In this document: positions 59,509-64,000 of the stretch, piece after piece
How the letters are laid out: every line of letters starts with the position of its first letter
Position numbering within the stretch: the first letter of the stretch is position 1
Origin: Sedimentisphaerales bacterium
Lineage (GTDB): Bacteria > Planctomycetota > Phycisphaerae > Sedimentisphaerales > SM23-30
Assembly (NCBI GenBank): GCA_963666285.1
Contig: OY762711.1
Reading direction: 5' to 3' (one strand)
Length of the DNA: 64,000 bases
Notes under the pieces: model-generated
What the model was told of the DNA's origin: nothing
The model's input: the letters and a program-made list of their open reading frames with translations, nothing else
The model's database searches: none
Program-made: the position numbers and the translations under genes

Positions 59509-60903
59509 ATGTCAGAATCAAATCGAATAGAATTTAAACGAGAGTTGAGCGATTCCTTTGAAAGGGAGGTTGTTTCATTTCTTAATTATCATGAGGGCGG
59601 CGTTATATACATCGGCATTGATAATGATGGTTCGATTATTGGTGTTGAGGATGCTGATACTGTCCAGTTGCAGATAAAGGACAGGTTAAAGAATAATATA
59701 TTACCATCTTGTATGGGTTTGTTTGATGTTGTTTTGGAAAAACAGGAAGGGAAAGATGTTATCCGGGTGACAGTAGCTTCCGGTTCGGAGAAACCTTATT
59801 ATTTACGCAAGCAGGGAATGTCGGAAAAGGGCTGTTTTATACGAGTTGGCAGTGCTGCCGAGCCAATGCAAGGTAGAATGATAGAAGATTTGTTTTCCAG
59901 ACGCACTCGCAATAATCTCGGGCATATTAGATCTTTGCGACAGGATTTGGCATTTGAGCAGCTTAGAATATATTATCAAGAGAAAGGATTGACTCTGGGC
60001 GATAAGTTTGCGGCAAATCTTGAATTGCTGACAGAGGATGGAGCATATAATTATGCTGGTTATCTGATGGCTGATAGTAATGGTAATTCAGTTCAGGTAG
60101 CGAAATATCGTGGATTAGATAGGTTTGATTTGATTGATAGTGATGAGTATGGTTATTGTTCGTTAGTTAAGACATGCAAGCAGGTACTCGATAGACTTGA
60201 GGTGGAAAATCGTACTGCGGCCAGGATTACTTCGACAACGAGGGTGACAAGAAGGCTTTGGAATGCTGTAGCGCTGCGTGAGGCAGTAATAAATGCGATA
60301 GTTCATAACGACTATTCTAATGAAGCGGTACCGAAGTTTGAGATATTTGATGACCGGATCGAGATTACTTCGGCTGGGGCTATTGCGCCCGGAGTTGCTC
60401 GTGAAGAATTCTTTGCCGGATATTCAACGCCCAGGAATAAAATATTGATGCGAATATTTCGTGACCTGGAGATTGTGGAGTATCTAGGTTCTGGAATGCC
60501 TAGGATTCTGCAAGCTTATCCTAAGGATTCATTTATTTTTACGCCAAATTTCATTCGTATCGTATTTCCTATTGATGCGGTTGCGTTGGAGATGGAGGAA
60601 AATGGTATTGAATCTCAGATTACTGGTGCAATAGGTGGTGCAATAGGTGGTGCAATAGGTGGTGCAATAGGTGGTGCAATAGGTGGTGCAATAGGTGGTG
60701 CAATAGGATTGACAGATCGCCAAAAAGAAGTGTTGGAAATGATAAAGCTAGATAGTAAAGTAAGTTATAGAGGCATTGCGAGCAGCCTAAAAATTAATGG
60801 CTCGGCTGTTTTAAAACATATTGAAGCTTTAAAAGAAAAAGGATATTTAAGGCGAATAGGTGGCACTAGAGGGTATTGGGAGGTTATTGATGATGCAGAA
60901 TGA
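59509..60903 (+). CDS. Schlafen/AlbA_2 + HATPase_c_4 + winged-HTH protein
   Basis: ESNRIEFKRE, FLNYHEGGVIYIGIDNDG, ALREAVINAIVHNDY, DRIEITSAG, GSGMPRI, C-terminal HTH. Confidence 0.9.
   Translation: MSESNRIEFKRELSDSFEREVVSFLNYHEGGVIYIGIDNDGSIIGVEDADTVQLQIKDRLKNNILPSCMGLFDVVLEKQEGKDVIRVTVASGSEKPYYLRKQGMSEKGCFIRVGSAAEPMQGRMIEDLFSRRTRNNLGHIRSLRQDLAFEQLRIYYQEKGLTLGDKFAANLELLTEDGAYNYAGYLMADSNGNSVQVAKYRGLDRFDLIDSDEYGYCSLVKTCKQVLDRLEVENRTAARITSTTRVTRRLWNAVALREAVINAIVHNDYSNEAVPKFEIFDDRIEITSAGAIAPGVAREEFFAGYSTPRNKILMRIFRDLEIVEYLGSGMPRILQAYPKDSFIFTPNFIRIVFPIDAVALEMEENGIESQITGAIGGAIGGAIGGAIGGAIGGAIGGAIGLTDRQKEVLEMIKLDSKVSYRGIASSLKINGSAVLKHIEALKEKGYLRRIGGTRGYWEVIDDAE
60625..60708 (+). repeat. 12-bp tandem repeat x7 (GGTGCAATAGGT) encoding (GAIG)7
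   Basis: Six perfect units plus one ending in A. Confidence 0.97.
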
Positions 60904-62095
60904 CAATAACAATCAGGAACGGCTTGGTGACCCCATGAGTGGTATGCCGGAGCCGGCTGAAAAAGCGGAGCCTAACGATTTTCAGCAAGAGGCAGAAAAG
61001 TATTCTGCCCGTGAAGGTGATCATGGTCTGGGCCTGCCGGAATTTGAACCGGAAAAAGCTCGGGTTTTGAGTGATATAGAGATTGCCGAGCATGCCAGGA
61101 AGCAGAACGAGCAGTTGCGTGAAGAGTTTGAGCTTAAGCTTCGTGAACTGGAAACCGCAGGCAGTGGCAAATGGCAGTTGCCCAAAGGTATTCGCAGTTT
61201 TCTGACATGGCTGATACTGGCGACTGCTTCCATACTAGGCTTGTTTTTGATAGGGCAGGGAGTATCTTTTGCCAATAATATCAAATCGATGGCTTATCCG
61301 TTCAACTGGATTGTTGGTTGCGGAGCCGGTCTGCTGGCGGTGGTATTGCTGCTGTTGATATTGAAACTGCTGGTTATGCTGGTCTGTTTACACAGCAGTC
61401 CCGGCATAAGCTTAAAGACTATGGAAGTTTTGCGGGAACGGCAGAGCTGGCAGCGGCTGGTAAAAGAACATGCCGAAAAAGCCCAGGGGAAATTGAAGAA
61501 ATACCTGGCGAACTATGAGCTTGGCGGAGAATCTCGTAAACGTCTGATAGCAGTTGGTCTAACCGAAGAGGAATATGACAGCATGGTTGCAGGTAAAGAG
61601 TTCCTGTTGAGTGGTGATGTTCCAATGTCTCCTGATGAATGGCTTGATCAGTTCAAATGCAGGTTCCAGTGTGTGCTGGATACGGTTGCGGCACGCCGAT
61701 CAAGGCAATATGCTGCCAAAGCCGGGTTTGGCACTGCTATATCTCCTGTAACTATAATTGACCAGACGGTAGTGTTATATTCATGTGTGGCATTAATCAA
61801 GGATCTGATGTTCATTTATCATCTCCGTCCGGCATTTGGCCAGACCGCGGTTATCTTATCGCGTGCAATTTTGAATACATATTTGAGCGGTATGCTGGAG
61901 GAAGTAACCGAAAAGGCTGCTGATACCGTGGCAGATTCTATTAACGAATGGTCCGGTGAGATGGCTGGTGTGCTTGGCTCTGGGCTTGGCAGGGCGATAG
62001 GAGCAAAAACAACCGAAGCCATGCTGAATGGTTTTTTAATCTGGCGTCTTGGGAAAAGAACTATATCTCAACTGCAACCGGTAAGAAACAAATAA
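60890..62095 (+). CDS. ycjF: YcjF / DUF697-family membrane protein
   Basis: Two TM segments; TAISPVTIID, IYHLRP, NGFLIWRLG; RBS GGGAGG; near ycjX. Confidence 0.75.
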   Translation: MMQNDNNNQERLGDPMSGMPEPAEKAEPNDFQQEAEKYSAREGDHGLGLPEFEPEKARVLSDIEIAEHARKQNEQLREEFELKLRELETAGSGKWQLPKGIRSFLTWLILATASILGLFLIGQGVSFANNIKSMAYPFNWIVGCGAGLLAVVLLLLILKLLVMLVCLHSSPGISLKTMEVLRERQSWQRLVKEHAEKAQGKLKKYLANYELGGESRKRLIAVGLTEEEYDSMVAGKEFLLSGDVPMSPDEWLDQFKCRFQCVLDTVAARRSRQYAAKAGFGTAISPVTIIDQTVVLYSCVALIKDLMFIYHLRPAFGQTAVILSRAILNTYLSGMLEEVTEKAADTVADSINEWSGEMAGVLGSGLGRAIGAKTTEAMLNGFLIWRLGKRTISQLQPVRNK

Positions 62096-62114
62096 ATTAC
62101 GAAGGAAGTATAAT

Positions 62115-63707
62115 TTGGAAGATTCAAAATCGAAACTAATGATATATTTACTGCTGTTTGCCGCTTGGTTTATTATGTTCTTACCGGGGCTGGGAGTAGT
62201 TGAGCTTAAAGGTGAGGAAGGCCGGCGTACATTGCCCGGCATTGAGATGCTGCAGAATGGCAACTGGTCAATGTGCTATTTGAGTGGCCGCCCATACTAT
62301 AGTAAGCCGCCAATGATAAATTGGCTTTCCGTCGGCTCAATTGTGCTTTGGGGCGAGCAAAGCGAGTTTGCGGTTCGGTTCCCTTCTGCATTTTTTATTC
62401 TCCTGTATGTGGCAATGCTGGTTGTTGTGCCAAATAGAGCTCTAAGTTTTGATAAAAGAGTTATTGCTGCTGTGTTATTTATGACTACATTAAGCATAAT
62501 GGAGAAAGGCCGCCAGATCGAAATTGAAGCTGTATATGTTAGCATGTCGGCGATGGCGTGTTACTGGTGGCTCCGCGGCTGGTTAGGGCGGTACAATGCC
62601 TGGTCGATGTGGTTGGGGACATCAGTTTTTATAACAATGGGTATGCTTACCAAGGGGCCGGTTATTCTTCTGGTTTTCTATGCAATGGTATTATTTATTA
62701 TTGTTTCAGAGAAAAGATGGGCAGCCCTTATCAATCCTGCTCATATTTTATCGATAGTGGTTTGGGCTGGCATATTCCTGTATTGGTCAAGCCTGGCCAG
62801 TGGTAGCGGTGGTGGTGATGCCGAGGCTATGGCAGGCAATTGGGCCAAGGAAATCCTTATTCGATTTTCTCCAAGTATGATAGATTGGAACGAAAGATGG
62901 GAAACTTTTTATCGTACTGCACTGAACCCTATGCCTTGGCTTCTGGCTGCGCCGATGCTCTGGAAAAAGAAATACCTGGATTCTATCGAACCGGAATTTC
63001 AGAAACCGTTTAGGGCGATTCGAAACGCAATAGTTGTTGTAGTAATATTTCTTACTCTTATGCCAAATTCATTTGCTCGGTATAGTATGCCTGCAATACC
63101 TTTATTTTGCTTGTTGCTGGGTTGGCTTTTACCTGCTGTTCCGGGAGATTTTAAAAAGGAGTATGTTAATCGGCAACTATTATGTATGGCTGCAAGTGCT
63201 ATAACTCTTGTGTCGTTGGTAATGCTGTTTGTTATGGATAAGACGATCTGGGGTGGTGTTGCCCTGGCAGCTTCTATAATTGCAGCAGCAGGGTTGAATA
63301 AGTATAAGCTTCAAATATCAGGAATGCGAAATACTCTACTTGCTTTATTGGTTGTGCTGTCTGTCTGTATGGCAAATTTCGGGGTTTATGGCGGTCAGGT
63401 AGAAATGAAGGAAACAGACAGTAAACATCATGGTCTTAAAATATGCGAAGTTTTGCCGGTTAATAGTGTTCTTTATGCCTATGATCAGGGAAACCAGATA
63501 TTTTTGTTTTATGTACGTGAACCACTGGAATATATAGTTGAACCGGAAGAAATTACTGATAAAGTTAAATATTTATTGATCAAAGAGGCAGACTTCAATT
63601 CTCCTGAAGTTCAGAATATGGTTAGCAGTAGAGATTATGAAGTTTTATACGATTTTGTCTATCGTAAAACCAGGGGTAAATTTCTATTGCTAAAATTTAC
63701 TGGGTGA
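62115..63707 (+). CDS. ArnT/GT39(83)-like polyprenol-phosphate glycosyltransferase
   Basis: EEGRR..IEMLQNGNW, YYSKPPMINW, AVRFPSA, LTKGPV; many TM segments. Confidence 0.88.
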   Translation: MEDSKSKLMIYLLLFAAWFIMFLPGLGVVELKGEEGRRTLPGIEMLQNGNWSMCYLSGRPYYSKPPMINWLSVGSIVLWGEQSEFAVRFPSAFFILLYVAMLVVVPNRALSFDKRVIAAVLFMTTLSIMEKGRQIEIEAVYVSMSAMACYWWLRGWLGRYNAWSMWLGTSVFITMGMLTKGPVILLVFYAMVLFIIVSEKRWAALINPAHILSIVVWAGIFLYWSSLASGSGGGDAEAMAGNWAKEILIRFSPSMIDWNERWETFYRTALNPMPWLLAAPMLWKKKYLDSIEPEFQKPFRAIRNAIVVVVIFLTLMPNSFARYSMPAIPLFCLLLGWLLPAVPGDFKKEYVNRQLLCMAASAITLVSLVMLFVMDKTIWGGVALAASIIAAAGLNKYKLQISGMRNTLLALLVVLSVCMANFGVYGGQVEMKETDSKHHGLKICEVLPVNSVLYAYDQGNQIFLFYVREPLEYIVEPEEITDKVKYLLIKEADFNSPEVQNMVSSRDYEVLYDFVYRKTRGKFLLLKFTG

Positions 63708-64000
63708 CTTGTGTGGTAGGCCATTTTGTATGAAAGAATAGTGTTAATGTTCCGATAATATGATTTTACTTTATTAGATGTGGATGATTTTTTTGTATTC
63801 GGTTCATATTTAAGTCCTATATGATTACCCTGCTTATCGTATTGTAACTTTTTTTACAGTAAAATATTGACGATTGCTGGATTTAATAGTACTGATAATC
63901 AACTTGGGACAGTTCTTTGGGGTAAAATAGTATTTTTGTCAGTATAATTACTATTTATGAGTCGATATTACTCAGGAAAAATATCAGATTGACATTTTGG

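Noticed and set aside
60625..60708. CRISPR array
   Set aside because: Head-to-tail 12-mers with no spacers, in frame within a CDS, and no cas genes.
13720..63707. Numerous 60-150 aa antisense or nested ORFs within housekeeping genes
   Set aside because: They lack motifs and RBS support, and are expected shadows of long coding frames.

Overview
Bacterial chromosomal window. PEP-CTERM proteins, DPN/dockerin-like tails and PilX/pseudopilin-like orphans suggest a planctomycete (Phycisphaerae/Sedimentisphaerales-like); this is inference. Bases 1-13.4 kb form an integrated element at the 3' end of a minus-strand tRNA-Leu(TAG). It holds a prophage early recombination module: an SF2 helicase missed by the ORF track and split at its Walker A motif by a 353-aa LAGLIDADG intein, a Zn-ribbon protein, SSB, NinB-like, ERF, Gp157 and an excisionase-like HTH. 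Secreted cargo follows (two PEP-CTERM proteins and a 1130-aa RCC1/beta-helix protein). Several leaders in this island share one terminator/anti-terminator RNA architecture despite unrelated sequences. The rest is mostly housekeeping (psd, priA, aspS, ugd, glmM, holB, ricT-like, metG, carB, cysS). It also carries an IS5-like element with an intact 6-bp target duplication, a four-gene paralog array with patchwork identity tracts, a GH43 tandem pair, and a ycjX/ycjF pair split by a Schlafen/AlbA_2 gene. The strongest candidate for something undescribed is a ~190-nt non-coding element present twice (50443-50647, 53231-53414). It has compensatory base changes and mutually exclusive helices, and lies upstream of an MBOAT operon and a K+ channel gene. 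All family calls come from motif recognition by eye; no searches were run.
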